A DNA stretch of 64,000 nucleotides from Sphyrna mokarran (taxonomy: Eukaryota), in contig JAGIQG010000031.1 of the NCBI GenBank assembly GCA_024679065.1, forward strand, positions 19,778,001-19,842,000, given 5' to 3'. This document shows positions 23,001 to 38,000 of this stretch, in pieces. The stretch's first letter is position 1. Each line of letters begins with the position of its first letter. Position numbers and translations under genes: made by a program. The notes below the pieces were generated by a model. It was not told the origin of the DNA. It searched no databases and saw only the letters and a program-made list of their open reading frames with translations.

Positions 23001-26000
23001 CAGGAACAAATTCATCCGCAAATATGTCTGGACAAATAGAAATAGATGAGATAGGTTTTTATCTTCATAAAGAGGAAGTATTATTCAGGGAGTATTAGCA
23101 AAAGTAGTGGACGGCACAGTGTTGTACGCGTGTACACGTGGACAAGTGTCCCCGATTGTTGATACAGAGACCTTGCTGAACCTCTCTTCGTGCTCTTTCT
23201 GCTCAACGGCAATTGTGCTGCCGTAAATATCATACTGCCTTCAACTAACTGACTCAACACTGATAGGGATTGAAATTGTGATCACCCGCCAAAGGTGGAG
23301 AGAAACGCTGTAGATTGTTGTAGATGCTTTGGAATGGGGATTTTGCCCAAATTTCCAATTGAGGACGCTGGGCTGGGGAGAGGAAGGCAGTGGAGGGTAC
23401 CCTCGGTGACAGCAGATTTTCAATCACTCCAAATTATTGTAGCGAAGTGGTTTCAAAGGCTGTGTCAAGTTTTTGACTCTGTCCAGCAGAAAAACAGAAC
23501 AACGTATGTTTTCGCGACAGATTCAATTAAACTTACAAGCTGTGAAATCTGAGAAATCTGGTAGTTTCCCGTGGGAAAAGAGAGCTGAATGGGAGATTAC
23601 ATTTCAGCCTGTTGTCACAAAGAAGATAGAGACACTTGGTAAAACAGTGTTGTGTGTGTGCCTGTGTGTGCTTTAACAGAGAATTAAACATACCATGAAC
23701 CAAAGTGTTCTTGAATGTTCAAGCTGTTGTGCCTGTGGGAAAGGACATTGCGCAGAGATTCTTCCGAAGTTTACATTGTTGATGACAATTATATTCTCTG
23801 TAGGTGTAGGCTGTTTGAAAATCAGATCCTGTTCAAGGAAGAGTAGTTGAACTCCATTGAATTGAATTGATTTATTGTTATCACATAGATTGGGATAAAG
23901 TGGAAAGGATTTTTGTGCTATACAGACACAACATACCATTCATAGAGTACGTAGGAGAAAAGGAAAAGAAAGGGTGCAGAATATCGTGTTACAGTTATAT
24001 CTGGGGCGTAGAGAACGTTTACCTGAATACACGGTTGGAACTTTCAAAAGTCTGATGACAGCAGGAAAGATGCTGTTTTGGACCGTTCTAAGAAAGAAAT
24101 GTGCACAAAATGTTGCCTCTGAAATTATGATCTGTCAGCTATTTAAATTGTAATTTATAGTTGAAATGGAAAACAACTTGCCAGTAGTTTCATATTCAGG
24201 TAGTGTTGATTTTGGTATGATCGTCACAGTATAAGTTTTAAATGATGAGAGCTTCTTCAACAATTTCTTTCATGATGCTCATTTGGAAGGTTTGTTTCTC
24301 TGCAGTTGTTGGAGTCTAGCGAAAATCAGGGCTGTCCAGGATTGAGAAACGTTGACCAAAACTTTGAGAATGTTAACAATGAGATTCTGGTGGAAGAATT
24401 CAAAATGAGTGCCCCTATGATCATAATGACACAATGGGAGAACATAAAGTTCGTCGAATAAAGGACGATTTGAAATAGAATAGCAACTTGTATCAGGCCT
24501 CAGATTGGAAACTCACCGTGGGACTAGAGAGATAAGTTTGATGAGGCAAATAAATCTGCCTCAGCAGAAAAAGATGGCAAAGGAAAATATCCAGATTCTT
24601 CCCGGGCTAGTAATAAAGTGTGGAGAAGAAACTTGTTTCAAGGAACAGATCTCTTATTTTTCTCACAAATAGAGAAATATGAAGGTAGATTCTTTGAACT
24701 GGAACAACAAGTCTACAGCTTTTGGACAATCACATGGTGTTGCTCAAGTACAACGCAATCAATGCAATAGTACTGTAAAAGTAATACTAGCTTTAATATT
24801 CCTAATGGTCGTAATTGTGACTCTGTTAATTATAGTTATGCAAATAGTGTTAGGCATGATTGTGATCATAAACACTGATGTTTCTTTTGAGCTGTAAAGA
24901 AACCAACTGTGAATCAGTTTTACTTTCAGTTCAGCTATGGAGATTGTAGACATTTTTGGCATTTGTTAATATTCTCATTGTTGTCTTTGTAATTATTCAG
25001 ACCACAAAGATCTCAGACTGGTATCTGGGGATGACCGATGTTCCGGGCGGCTTGAAATACAACAGGGAGTGCAGTGGGGCACGTTGTGTGATGATTACTT
25101 CGGTTTCAGAGAAGCCAATGTGGTTTGTGAGTACCTTAGCTGTGGAGCAGCAATTGCGATACCGGGAGGATCTCACTTCGGAAAGGCAACCAGCCCATTA
25201 TGGAAAAAGAGCTACAAATGCCGGGGTAACGAGTCCAGTCTCTGGGATTGTTCTGTTTCATTCATGGAACGGTTTAGCTGCTCAGATGAAAATGCTGTCA
25301 GTGTTATCTGCTCAGGTGAGTCCTAAAAGTTTATTAACCAGAATACACCAGCTTTTGATATAACCTTTTATATTATTTGGATTTTCAGAAAACACTTAAT
25401 ACGGTGCCACATGGCAGGTTGGTTCGCAAATTAGATGTGTTTGGAATTGATATATACTGAGCAGGATGGATCGAAGTTGGCCAAGAGATTTGCAAAGGAA
25501 AATAGCCAATTGGGGCAATGATGCTGAGTTCCTTCAGAGCGACATTGATAAGTTGGCCAAATGAACAGATCGCTGGCAGACGAATTTCAATGCAGCGAAA
25601 TGTGAGCAAATATATTTTTGTAGTAGAAAGGAGGGGAGCTAAAACTAGCTTTCTGTTACAACTTTAAGAGGAGTACAGGAGCAAAGAGCTCGGGGTTCAA
25701 GTGCACAATTCCCTGAAAATGGTCAGGCAAGTTGAAAGATGAAAGAAGACTTTTCGCATCCTTGGGGTTGTTAATATAGGCATAGAATATTAAAATAAGA
25801 AAATGATGCAAAACGTGACAAATCAGAGCAAATTGGAATATTGTGTTCAGTTCTGGTGCCTTATTTAAGGAAGGAAGTTAAAGCCCTCGAAATAATGCGA
25901 AGAAAATTTACTAGAATGATATTAGGCATTTCAGATAGAAGGGAAAACTGACGAAATTTGGCGTATTCCCTTTGGAGCATTATAAAAGGTGAGGTGTCTA

Positions 26001-29000
26001 AAATATGAACTAATTTGACAGGGCAAAGAAGCATATTTTATCTCCACTAGCTGGTGTGCCAGCCACAGGATGGGGGTGGGGAGGGCGGAGGGGTGGGGTT
26101 GTAGTGGGTGGATAGACACAGTCTCAACATATTTAGCAAGAGAGTTAGGAGTGTGGTGGGGACAAACCAGTTTCCTCAGTTGTTGCGATTTGACATGTGC
26201 TGCCTTGGGGTGTGTAGAAGGCGATTCCACAGGAATCAAACAAAGGCTGGAAAAATATTTGACAGTAATTAATTTGGAGCAACCAGTGGTAGAGGGTTGG
26301 AGAATAGGAGTAACTAGGTCACTCTTTGGGAGCCTGTGGGCCGATTGCCCATTTTCTGTGTGCTACAAAATTCTATAATTCTATGACGCTATGGTTAACC
26401 TTGTCTGCGTTGCGTTTGGCTGCTAATGATTCTCATTCTATCTAGTAATGAAGCAAATCTATATATTGTGGCACATTGTTAACAAATTAATATCTGATCT
26501 TATGGTGATTTTCCCTTTCTGGCTGAATACAAAAATATCAGAATTCAGAAACAGATCGAAACTGCACAATGGGGACCATGTAACACCAGTTATGGGACAT
26601 GGATGGAGCTGACAAGAAAACGTTTTCTTGAGTCCCCAGTTTCTCTTCAATGTGCAATGGTCAGCCACCTCATTAAATGGCTGTAGTCCATGTGATTATT
26701 ATCCGTCGACAGTCTCTGCCGAGGGGAATTGATCAATTTTGATCCTTCAATGACGAACGATCAATGATGCGTTGGGATGATTTGGAATTCCTGGGAAATT
26801 GGAGATGAGTTCCCATTCTCCTCGTCCTTCTGTCAGATGCTTTCGAAGAAGTCTGAGCGAGCTGTTTCACCACATCTCACAGAGTGTATGTGTTATATCG
26901 ACACTGTGTTAGCGATAGAGTGAATGTTTAAAGAATGGCTTTCAAGTGGATTTCTTCATCCTGAGTGGAATCAAATTTACTATGGATATTGAAGATGCAT
27001 CCATTCAAACATGGGGCCTTCCATCACATCTCGGGCTTGTATCAGGGGGGTACAATTTCCAGATAAGGGGCGTAATTTCCCCCTCCCCCCAAAAAAAAAG
27101 TGCACTAATAGCCAGAATAATGGAGAAATCCACATCAGTCTCCCAGGCATATTGCACACAGGAATCATGCAGTACTCATTGAATTTAACAGAGAATGATG
27201 AGTTATGCCCTGGTAGGAAGAACGGCTCTGGACACGCTGGCGATCCCAGTATCAGAGAGCTTGCTCTCAATTTGTAATGATGGCTGATCTTACAGTGCAC
27301 TGGGGGAGCCCTCTCGCACCGCTTCCCCACCATGGACATTAAATCCCCCTTCATTGGCGGCATATTCCCCCACCCCATTCCCCAACACGGCCCACTGGCA
27401 TCAGGACATTGAGGCATTCCAGGTGGGTCCCCCAGCATGATGCTTTATATGTAGCCCATCATGACCTGCGACATGAACGCCCTCCCCAACCCCAAGTCAT
27501 GACCTACTACATGTTCCCTCTTTCGTAGAGTCTCCCCCCACAACATTATAGCCGCCCTACATAGCATCCCCCACCCCCTCTCTGTCATAGCCCATTAGCC
27601 ATTGGCACTGTCCCTGACACACTGGTGGTTCCTAGATGGTACTGCTGGGGTTGTTCAATGGCCACTGCCTGTATGCCCAGTTGCCAATGCCATTGTGCCT
27701 TTTAGACACTGCCAGTGTGCCGAGGACACTCTGTCTGATGGACAATACCGGCCATGACCTTGAGCACCCAGGTCTTCAATGGCCGTTGTGCTTCTCAGCA
27801 TCATCAATGCACCAGGTGTTTGCTAGTTAAGACAAATAGTAACTGACACCAGTGTGACCTCCCGCTGGAGAGATGGGAACACTGCAGGCCTGGGGACAAT
27901 TATATGCTGGAGAAACTAATGAGATTGAAATCAAGTGAATCTCTTGCTGCTCAGCCTTGCGCTTCTCCTTGGGCATGATCCGATTTGTGCAGGGAGAAAC
28001 GCACCGGAAAGATTGCAAACTCTGTACCACCGGACATTGAATTTTAGGCCTGCACAATATTTTTCAGGATTAGCAGTATCATTGGGGAGGTAATCGCCTT
28101 CAGTGCGTCGGCATTTTAAGATGCAGGAAATAAGATACAGTGGCTTATGTTTAATTGTCGTCTCAATATTCTTCACTTTGTAGATGAAAATTGGTTGCTA
28201 AGATTGACTGACGGAGAAAGCCGGTGTGATGGGCGAGTGGAGATTTACTACAATGGAGCCTGGGGCAGAGTGCAGGACAACCTCTGGGACCTGAGCAATG
28301 CTCACGTAGTCTGCAGACAGCTGGGCTGCGGTAACGGGATAGGCGCTTACAGTTCTTCAATGAAAGAGAATCTGACATCAGTTTGGATAACTGATATCCA
28401 GTGTGATGGAAATGAAGCGCATCTCCGGAACTGCAGCTCATTGCTATTCAATTCATCTCTCAGTGACAACACGGGCGTAGGAGTTGTGTGTTCAGGTGAA
28501 AAAAAAAAACGTTCTCTTTTCCAGAGCCAATGTCGGAAAGTTTCTAATTTGCTGGTGTTTTGGCGAATTGATCCTCGTTATTTCAGGATATTGAGAAATA
28601 TGAGTTTCAGTTTTAAGATATGTATTTATGTGAGATAATTTATTTATCAATCACAAGGAAGATTTACATCAACACGCAATGAAGTTAGTGTGAAATTCCC
28701 CGAGTCGCCACACTGCGGCGCCTGTTTGGGTCACTGTCCCCAACTGGCACAACTTTCAGACTGTGGGAGGAAAGAGGGGCACCCGGAGGAAACTCACGCA
28801 GACACGGGGAGGAGATGAAGACTCCACTTAGACAGCAACCCAAGCCGGGATTCGAACACAGGTCCCTGGCGCTTTGAGGCAGCAAAACTGGCCATGGTGC
28901 ACGTTTCTGTCCCGGTAGTGTCGGTCAGCGAGTATAAGAGGCGTTGCTCGGTTGTCCTCGCTGCCGTTCAGGCAACAGTGTTGGGAGAATGTGTTCTCTA

Positions 29001-32000
29001 CCATTGCATGATGGTGATTAGAAATGCGTTTAGACTCTAAGTGGGTGAATCAGGAATGGAATTCCCTTCCCAGGAAGCAGTGGCGGCTGGCTCATTGCAT
29101 TTGTTTAAGGATGAGCTATTCAGGTTGTTGAGAGAGACAATGGCTGTAAAGGGTTTAGGAAAGGGGATTTGGCAAGACATGAAATGGAGTTGAAACTACA
29201 ACCAGAGCAGTCATGATCTGAATGAACAGCAAAGCAGATTTCAGTGGCCGAAGGGCCAATTCACGTTCTCTCCAGATGATAACAGTTATTCAGCTTAGCG
29301 ACAGCGAGGGGCCGGAGTGTAAAGCCAAAGGACAAAGACAGACGGGAACAAGAATGGGGTTTTGAAATTTTAGAGCACTTTTAAAAAAGGCAAAAGTAAA
29401 AAAGAATTGCGTAGAAGTGCAATTGGAAAAAGAACGGAGACAACAAGGAGCAGGTGTTTATCCCTAGAAGGTGGCCATGCAAGGGTGGGGCTTGGAGTAT
29501 TAATGTATTTGAACTTGATGATACTACCAAACCGCAGGAATTGACAAAAGGGCAAATAATGTCGATCAGCGAGCACTGAGGTGTGCCCAGTGCGCCTCGC
29601 TGCCGTTCAGGCAGCAGTGTTTTGGAGTATGTGATCTATACTATCGCAAGTGTCATTGCGCAGCATGTAAACTGAAACCGTCTCGCTGAGACTGAGACTG
29701 TCTAAGCTCCATTGGGCAGAATGTAACTCGAGGCAGATATGTTTGTTTTATGTGTCGACTGATGTCCCATGTAAAAGCAGCTACACATGTAAATATACTG
29801 GAAATTATATCACTTCCAATAGGATGAATAGAATCGGGAAAAGTCAAATGGCAGCACACAATATGCCTAGCAGTCAGCACAAAAATGTGGGGACTGGAAT
29901 CCAGAAACTATGTCGTCAGATGTTGGAATATGTAAAACATTCATGCACTGTGTCTTCATAGTAGAAGTAGAGGCTTTGACATATTGACTCATTAAGATAT
30001 CCACAGGCGCGATATAAAGGCAGATTTCCGTTCTCCTTCAGAGTATTGAATGGGAAGAAAGTGATGAGCTGAAAATCTATCAGAAATATAACTCGTCTGT
30101 ATTACTGTCCAACAGATCACATGCAGATAAGACTGTCTGGTGGTGATAGCCCGTGCTCTGGCCGTGTGGAGATTTATTACAATCAGAGTTGGGGCTCAGT
30201 TTGTGATGATTCCTGGGATTTCATTGACGCTAACGTGGTTTGCAAACAGCTGGGCTGCGGAACTGCATTGGAGATGTCACTTCCTGCTTCTTGTGAATCG
30301 GGCTCAGGCCCAATTTGGTTGGATGATCTAAAGTGTTCCGGGAACGAGTCATTTCTCTGGGAATGCCCCTCAGCATCATGGGGTAACCACGACTGTAGCC
30401 ATAAGGAAGATGTGAGAATTATGTGCTCAGGTAAGGATGCTGTCACTGTGCGGAATTCCTGAGGCTTCACAGGGATGATGTTACACTGAATTACACAGTA
30501 CCCAGGGCACAGAATCCGGCCTTTCCACTCAATTACTCCGTACGGCATTTGTACTGAACACGAGAATCATCCTGCATTACTCCTTTCAACTCTATCTGCT
30601 TATGCTGACTTTCCTTTCCGCCTGTACTCATCCAGTTTCATCTTGAAGACATTGATACTCCCACTCAGCGAGATGATCTGAGTTCCACCATCTCACCAGT
30701 CTCTAGGAAAAGGAACGCATATTCTACATACCTGATTTCATATTTGTCATCCCAAGAATAGACACCACCATTTTCTAAGTCATTAAAGCATCTATATCAC
30801 CAGATCTCTTGGTCCCTTTCGAAAATCCACATAGATTTCAGGTGCATCTTTCTGCCACTCCCGAAATGAATGCACCAAATTTCTTAAGTATGACAATCCC
30901 ATTAGAAATCTGCGTTGATCTTTGGATCTAGTTGTTTTCTGTTACATTTTGGAAATAATTATTGCCAATTAGTGGGCATAACCAGGACACTGTGTACGCC
31001 CAGTTGGCTTGTGATAGAGAGCAATGTCAACAGCGCAGGGTCGTTCCCCGTAACATCTGAGTTTATTCGTGAATCTCGCCCTTACCCTGAGGTGTGGAGA
31101 TCCGCAGTTTAAACAAGCCGTGGTCATCCCGGATTATGGTAAATTTACCATTTTTTGTGAAGATGTAAATCTGGATATTTCTTACTTCTTTGACAGAGCA
31201 CAAGGAATTAAGACTGGTGAACGGAGATCACCGCTGCGAGGGGAGAGTGGAAATCTTCTACAATGGCAGCTGGGGCACAGTGTGTTCGGACATACTTCGG
31301 ACAGAGGATGCTGAAGTGATCTGTAAACAGTTGGAGTGTGGCAGCTTCCAATCAATGTTCTATGATGCTGAGAAGTTCGGAGAGGGATCTGGACCTATCC
31401 GACTCAGTGAGCTGGGGTGTACTTCATTCGAAGCGTTCATTTGGCAGTGTGGGGCAGACTCGCAGGGTGTCAAAGACTGCAGCCACTATGATGATGCGGG
31501 TGTCGTTTGTTCAGGTAACGCACACCAAACCTCTCAATGCGCTGCTATCATTGCAAACATTGCTATCCAATGCACTCAGCGAATGTCTGTTCTTAACAGG
31601 GACGTCGGGGACGAAGGAGCAGCCCCACTGTTCAATGGAAGGCAGTCAAGAACCAGGTAAATGCTGCTATATCGAATACATGTTGCGTTCTCGGTTCCGG
31701 CTAGATCAATAAGAATAATTTATTCTTTTGGACGGATTTAGGTCAGCGTTTGCGCCTGGTGGGAGGAGACACTAACTGCTCTGGGACAGTGGAGATATTG
31801 TACAATAACCGTTGGGGCACGATTTGTGATGATTCCTGGAATCTGGCCGACGCTAATGTTGTGTGCAGGCAGTTGGCTTGCGGCTCCGGTCTGTTGGCAC
31901 AAGGAGGGTCCCCTTTGCCCCGGGGTAACGGTGGTGATATCTGGCTGGGTGAGATCAAATGCACCGGATTTGAATCGTTTCTATCCGACTGTCCCTCCGC

Positions 32001-35000
32001 ATCAGCAGCCCAGTCTGACTGTGACCACAAGGAAGATGCTAGGGTGATTTGTTCCGGTAAGGACTGCTCAGTACGTGGACATGACCAATTTCCAAAAATT
32101 AGGAAATTCATTTGGCTTTTAAAGTAAATCACCAACATTTGAAGTTATTAATGCCTGTCCAATATACCCCACAGGACTGGATTTGTCACCGAATTCTTCT
32201 CAGAACACACCTTCTGGTAATTGGTCTATATAACCTTTCTAGAATTGGTGTTGATGTTACAATTCTTCCCAATGATGCTGCTTTCATTTACAATGATCCA
32301 CTTTTGCTAATTTCTGAATAAGGGTTGATTTCCCATTGATGGCAACATTGAAAGTGTGCAAGGGGACACTATGTCTCTGTTAAATGTTTCTGTATCTTAT
32401 GACGAGCAGATGCCAATCCCATTCCCCTGGTCGTGTGCGTGACCCTCGGAGTGCTGGCAATCCTGGAACTGATCACACTGCTGGCAGTAATATTGAGAAA
32501 GTTCAAAAGAAAAGGTGAGCCTCCAATGTCCAAATAGCATTGAAATATTGATATTGATTTATATCCTGGGGCTGTTGTTTATCACATCTTTCCAAAGAAC
32601 GTCACTTGAAGTAACCCGAAAAAAAACTCTGAACTTCGTTTTGCAATTCTCATCCGCATTGGTAACTGTGAAACTAATTAGAGAATCCACATAGTGCGCA
32701 AGGAGCAATTCTTTTCACTATATACATGTGACAATAATAAATCAAATCAAAATCTTTCACTACCCAGTTTATCTCAGACTCCAGAAAGACTCACTCGTTT
32801 AAATAATGGAAATGAAAGTTTAACGGAACTCTTTCTTAAATATTCTTTTATGTGTTATGTAGCTGTTTTTCTCTCTCATTATCATGAGCCTCATGTCTAG
32901 TCGCGAACACTTTGCACCAGATTCTGTGCAATATTCTTCAGTGACTTGCAGCATTCTCCAGTAATTCTACATCCAAACACAAATATTTCACACATAATCC
33001 AACAACCAATGCACCGTTGATCTACAGGTCACTTTTCCCTTGGAAATCATGGCCTGCTCAGTACCACCTCCTAACTGATGAGACCACCGCAGAGGTCAGT
33101 CAAATTTCTGCCTGGGTCCAATTCAGTTGAATTCCCCACGTGGCCCGTCACGAATGATTTGCTGGGACTCATTTTGTCTGACACTCTGCAGAGGGTCCTA
33201 CCCATACTCCCCCATCCCTCCCCAAACACTTGTTTTGTCTTTTCCGACTTTCTTGCAAATGGGTTCTGTTCTGCTGGAGGTGAACGAACGCTTATTACAA
33301 ACATAAAAATGCACATTCACGGATGCACCGATTCCAGAGCATATCCACATGCAAACTAACTGGCTTTATCTTGGGAATCTCATCACATCTGTGGTTTGTT
33401 TATCAGCCTCGGGCATTTTACTGTTAACCGCCCGTGCAATGCAACAACATGCTGATCACCTTTCCTTTCCTTTAACAGATACTGTCGCTCACCACTTGGC
33501 TTCGCCTTCTGCGTCCGACCAAGGAATTTATGCAGAGATTGAGAATATTGAATCTGACCGCAATTCACGGGGTTCAGGTTTGTATTCTACTTCTCTTTTA
33601 CTCAGTCTTCACAGAATAAGTCTGGCTTCTACGTAAATTCAAATGGTCACATCATTAAATGGGGAAATGGACAGTCCAGTGACTTTCCAGTGTGAAAAAG
33701 CCCCATCATGTGTTTTTTTCTGCCTGTGAAATGATTCATTGGCCTGGGAAGACTCTATATTTGTCAGAGAATGTGTGTTCGAAAAAGTGTGTATATCTCC
33801 ATTTCCAGATATTTCTAGTATCTGAGTTAGTGAACAACAATCTCATCAGTGGATAGCTGTCATGTGTAAACCGCCCATTTCTAATCCAGTATGGAAAAAG
33901 TGCAACAGGCGAGGATTCACGAATGGATCTTGCAGAGAGAATGGACCAGAAGGGATAGAAGAGAAAATCGGGGAGCAACTAGGCAATTTCGAACTTAATG
34001 TAACACACTTAATGATAATAACTCAGAACAGATTGGAGAAGTGCTGAATTTCAGGAACTGATAATGAACTTGAAAATATTTAATGGACCCCTTTCACAAA
34101 CAATGATGCATCTCAACAATAGCTAATAATGCAACAGGTTAAAACAAATGAGAAGCCATGGGTCCAATGAGAACCATGGAGGGAAAAGGGGAAAGTAAAA
34201 GCAGGCAATGCACAATGAAGCAAATAGATGGAAGAGTAGAGGTGGCGGTGGGAGTGGGGTGGGGGGGCGGGGGTGAGGTGGAGCGTGGGGGGCAGTGAGT
34301 AACATGCTTGGATTGTACAGAGATGTTAAGCAATTGATAATTCAATGAGATGACATTTTTAAGGAGCATCTCATAAAATAGCTTAATGTTCTATTCGAAT
34401 GAGAAAAACGATGCTGGAAAGAAATATGATCAATTATTGAAGAATATGATAAAATCATAAAATCCCCGCCATTCAATAATAGGATGGCTGATCTGATTGT
34501 GGCTCTGCCTTTCCCATGCCTGTCACACAACACATTAATTCATTATAGATCCAAAATCTATCTTAAACAGCTAGACAACAGTCAATGAGCCCCTAACCAC
34601 TCTCTGTCAAAGAAAGTTACAAAAACAGAAGATCTTTAGTGAGAGAAGAATCCTCCAAATTTCGAGCTGAAGTGAAGACTCAATAATTTAGAACTGTCCC
34701 ATGAATAAAGAACAAGCAACAAAAGTGAAATAATCAAAGTATTGAAGAATTGTTTCATTATTAATACTCCATAAAATTGTTGGACATAACATTGGAATTT
34801 AGATTGATCTAATTACATGAAATTAATACAAATTCAAATTGTAAACGAATAAAGCAGAGAAGGTACACCTCCTGGTGTGGAAGGAATTCAAACATGTATT
34901 TTAAATAAATCAAAAGAGATACCAAAGGCTCAATGAGAGGTATTTGATAACTGATTGGAAATTAGTAAATTGACCGTGTTCTCGCATATAATTGTTTTTA

Positions 35001-38000
35001 AAACTACATAGAAAAAAAGGAACTGTGGCCTACCCAGCTTAACATTCATGAATCCAGGCGATGCGGGTGGTTAGCGGGAATTAATCGAACAAATGCTGAA
35101 AGAGGAAGAAAAAAACAATGAATGAATAGAAACAAACAAATAATAATACGTAGTCAACCTTCAAAGTACAATGGCTTGCTTAACCAACATCATCAAAATC
35201 CCTGCAGAACTAGCAGGGTAGTATAAATAATGGTGAAAGTGCAATTTATCATAATTTCTGAAAGGTCCTTGATAAGGCACCACAGATTAGGCATCTGGAG
35301 AATGAGAGTTAATTTACAGCACCTGTGGCTTAGGTTGTAGCATTCTAATTTCAATGTCCAAAATTTGGGTTGCAAGTCCTTCTCCAGAAATAAAACATGA
35401 AAACTAAGGCTGTCATTACAATGCAGTGCCAAGGACTTATTCCACAGCCAGATGTTCCAACTTGGAACTAAGCGTGAAAGTGTGAGGATAACGGGTAAAC
35501 CTTTTAGGATTAAGGTGAGGAGAAATTTCTTCATTCACAAATTCATGACCACAAAACGTAGTTCAAGCCAAAACATTGGGTGATTGCAAGAAGAAATTAG
35601 ATGCAGCTCTTGGGGTTAAACAATAGATATGGGGCAATGCGGGATCAGGATATTGAATTTGATGATCATCCATCATCCAAGTGAACGGCAGAGCAGGCTT
35701 GGATAGCCAAGTGTTCTATTCTTGCTTCTATTTTCTATGTTTGGGTGAGACATTAAAGCGAGGACCTTTATGCCTTCTCGTGTGAACAGAAACATCCCAT
35801 GATGCCATCTCACAGGAATGCAGTGAGAAATTCACTGTGTCCTGGGTAATATCACAAAAGCAGGCAACTTGATAATTATCATATTTATTTGTGAGAACTT
35901 ACTGTGTGCAAACAGCTCATGGTTTCTACATTGCAACATCGACTACATCTCAAAAGTACTTAGTTAGGAAATCTCTTCCAGTAATCGTGAGATATATGGA
36001 GTTAGAAGGCAAGAAATCACATGACTAACTAATGGCAAGAAAGGTGAAAGCAGAGAGAAGGAGAAAGATTGGTTGCTTGGAATGGCAGAAAAAGTAAAAT
36101 GATATGTTGCAACAACTAGTCCATAATCATAATTGACTTGAGTCAAAAATGAGATTTTCTAAATTTGTCAAAACCACCAAATTGTGATGGTGATGAGGAG
36201 GGATTTGGAAGAGTTTAGTGAATACTTTAGAGTCCTTTAGAGAAGGACAGAAACAAATTACTAGAAAACATTCATAGAAATGTAGAATTGAAAATTATTG
36301 ATAACTGTAGCAGCTATGAAGGCATATATATATCATGAAGTAAATTAAGGAGATGATATATTATTTGGAATGTAGAATCTTTGCAAGGAACAATACAATT
36401 GTTGGATGTAGATTATTAAAGCTGTTCAAAACCACTGGCAACTATATCTCGAGAATGGGAATTGGAAAGTAAATAACTTGTGCCAAATGTTTTTTTTTAT
36501 ATAGAGATCGCATGTGGTGGAGGCTTTATCTTTCGTTTCAGCATATCATCAAATGGACATAGAAATGCAAGAGATTGTCCAAAATATTACCTGAGTCATG
36601 GGGTTATAATTAGAAGGATTAAATAGGCTGGATCAGTTTCCCGAGAAAAGTGATTCAAGACAAAGGCACTTTCAGTTTCTGTAACTGCTGTTGCCTGATT
36701 GTAGTTTCTGGGAGCTGGGATGGTGATTCTGGGTCAGAGATTATCGTTTACCGTCTGCAAAGTAACTGGATATAGCATACTGCGTTTAAGTTTAATTTTC
36801 ACAAGCACGCTTACTTTCACATTGCAATGAAGTTACTGTGATAATCGTCTGATCGCTACATGCTGGCGCCTGATTGGATACCCTGAGGGAGAATTTGGCA
36901 TGGCAAGTCAATCTAACCAGCACATCTTCGGACTCTGGGGGGGAAAACGGAGGATATCCATGCAAACACGGGGAGAACATGCAAACTCAACACAGCGACC
37001 AAGCTAGGAATCAAACCCGGATTTATGGGGTTATGAGGCAGCAGTGCTAATAACTGTGCCACCATGCACCCCACTGCTCTAATATGCGAGATATTACCAA
37101 TAATAATGAGTTAGAATAGTGATTATTATATCTGTCGAGGACAGGAGCAACATTTATTTTTGCCTTGATTGGGGTGATTTGGGGATTACAGTTTCCTTCT
37201 CTTTGAGCCATTTGTCCGCTTTGTGAATCCCAAAATCATGGCAGGTAATAAATTCTAAGGCATTGTCACAGGCACAGTTAAGGTATTATGCGCTTGTCTC
37301 CTATATTCCAAACAAGCTCTCCAATAACTACGCATTTTTGTCTTTAACAGTTTCCATTAACTCCCTCAATCAGATGGAATATTACACCAATCGTAGTTTG
37401 AGTGACACAGAATCTGGATCAGAAAATCCTGAAGGGAGCTTCTCCGGAATTCAATGTGGGTACAATTTCACTTGCTGCCTTCGTGCTTTTTGAACTTCAT
37501 CCACTTTGGTATAAAACCCACGTCATTCACCACCCTGACTTGGAAAAATAACATCGCTCCTTCACAATCCTGAGACTCTGTCCTTAAAAGCACTGTGGGT
37601 GTACCTACATTGTGTGGGCTCAGCATTTCAATAAGGCGGCTCACCACCACCTTATCAAGGGCAATTGGAGATGGAAAATATACACCAGTAAATGGCCCAG
37701 ACAGCGACTCTCAGATTCCAAGAAAGAATTTTATAAACTTACTTACAAAAAACCAAAATAGAAACTATGAAATAACTCGAGCAAGGGTCCATAGTATTTC
37801 AGAGTAGACTTACCTTCAAAAAGAATGGAAATACTTCTGATTTGAAAGTGAGTAATATCGATAATAGTCGTTGGTACAAAGCAATGAAAATTCCATCTGC
37901 TGTGTCTTCTCGCAGAACTTTCTTTACAGACAGTGAAATGGGTCTAGTTCGAATGGGGAAGTGGAGGCAGGGGGTGGGGTGAGGTTGAATGTGATTTCGA

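Noticed and set aside
24679-24962. Hydrophobic TM-like ORFs on both strands
   Set aside because: Low-complexity AT-rich gtaat/atagt sequence in an intron; no convincing splice sites in phase.
34240-34295. G-quadruplex-capable G-run (also ~16756-16800 and the poly-C at ~49283-49305)
   Set aside because: Common simple sequence with no independent sign of function.
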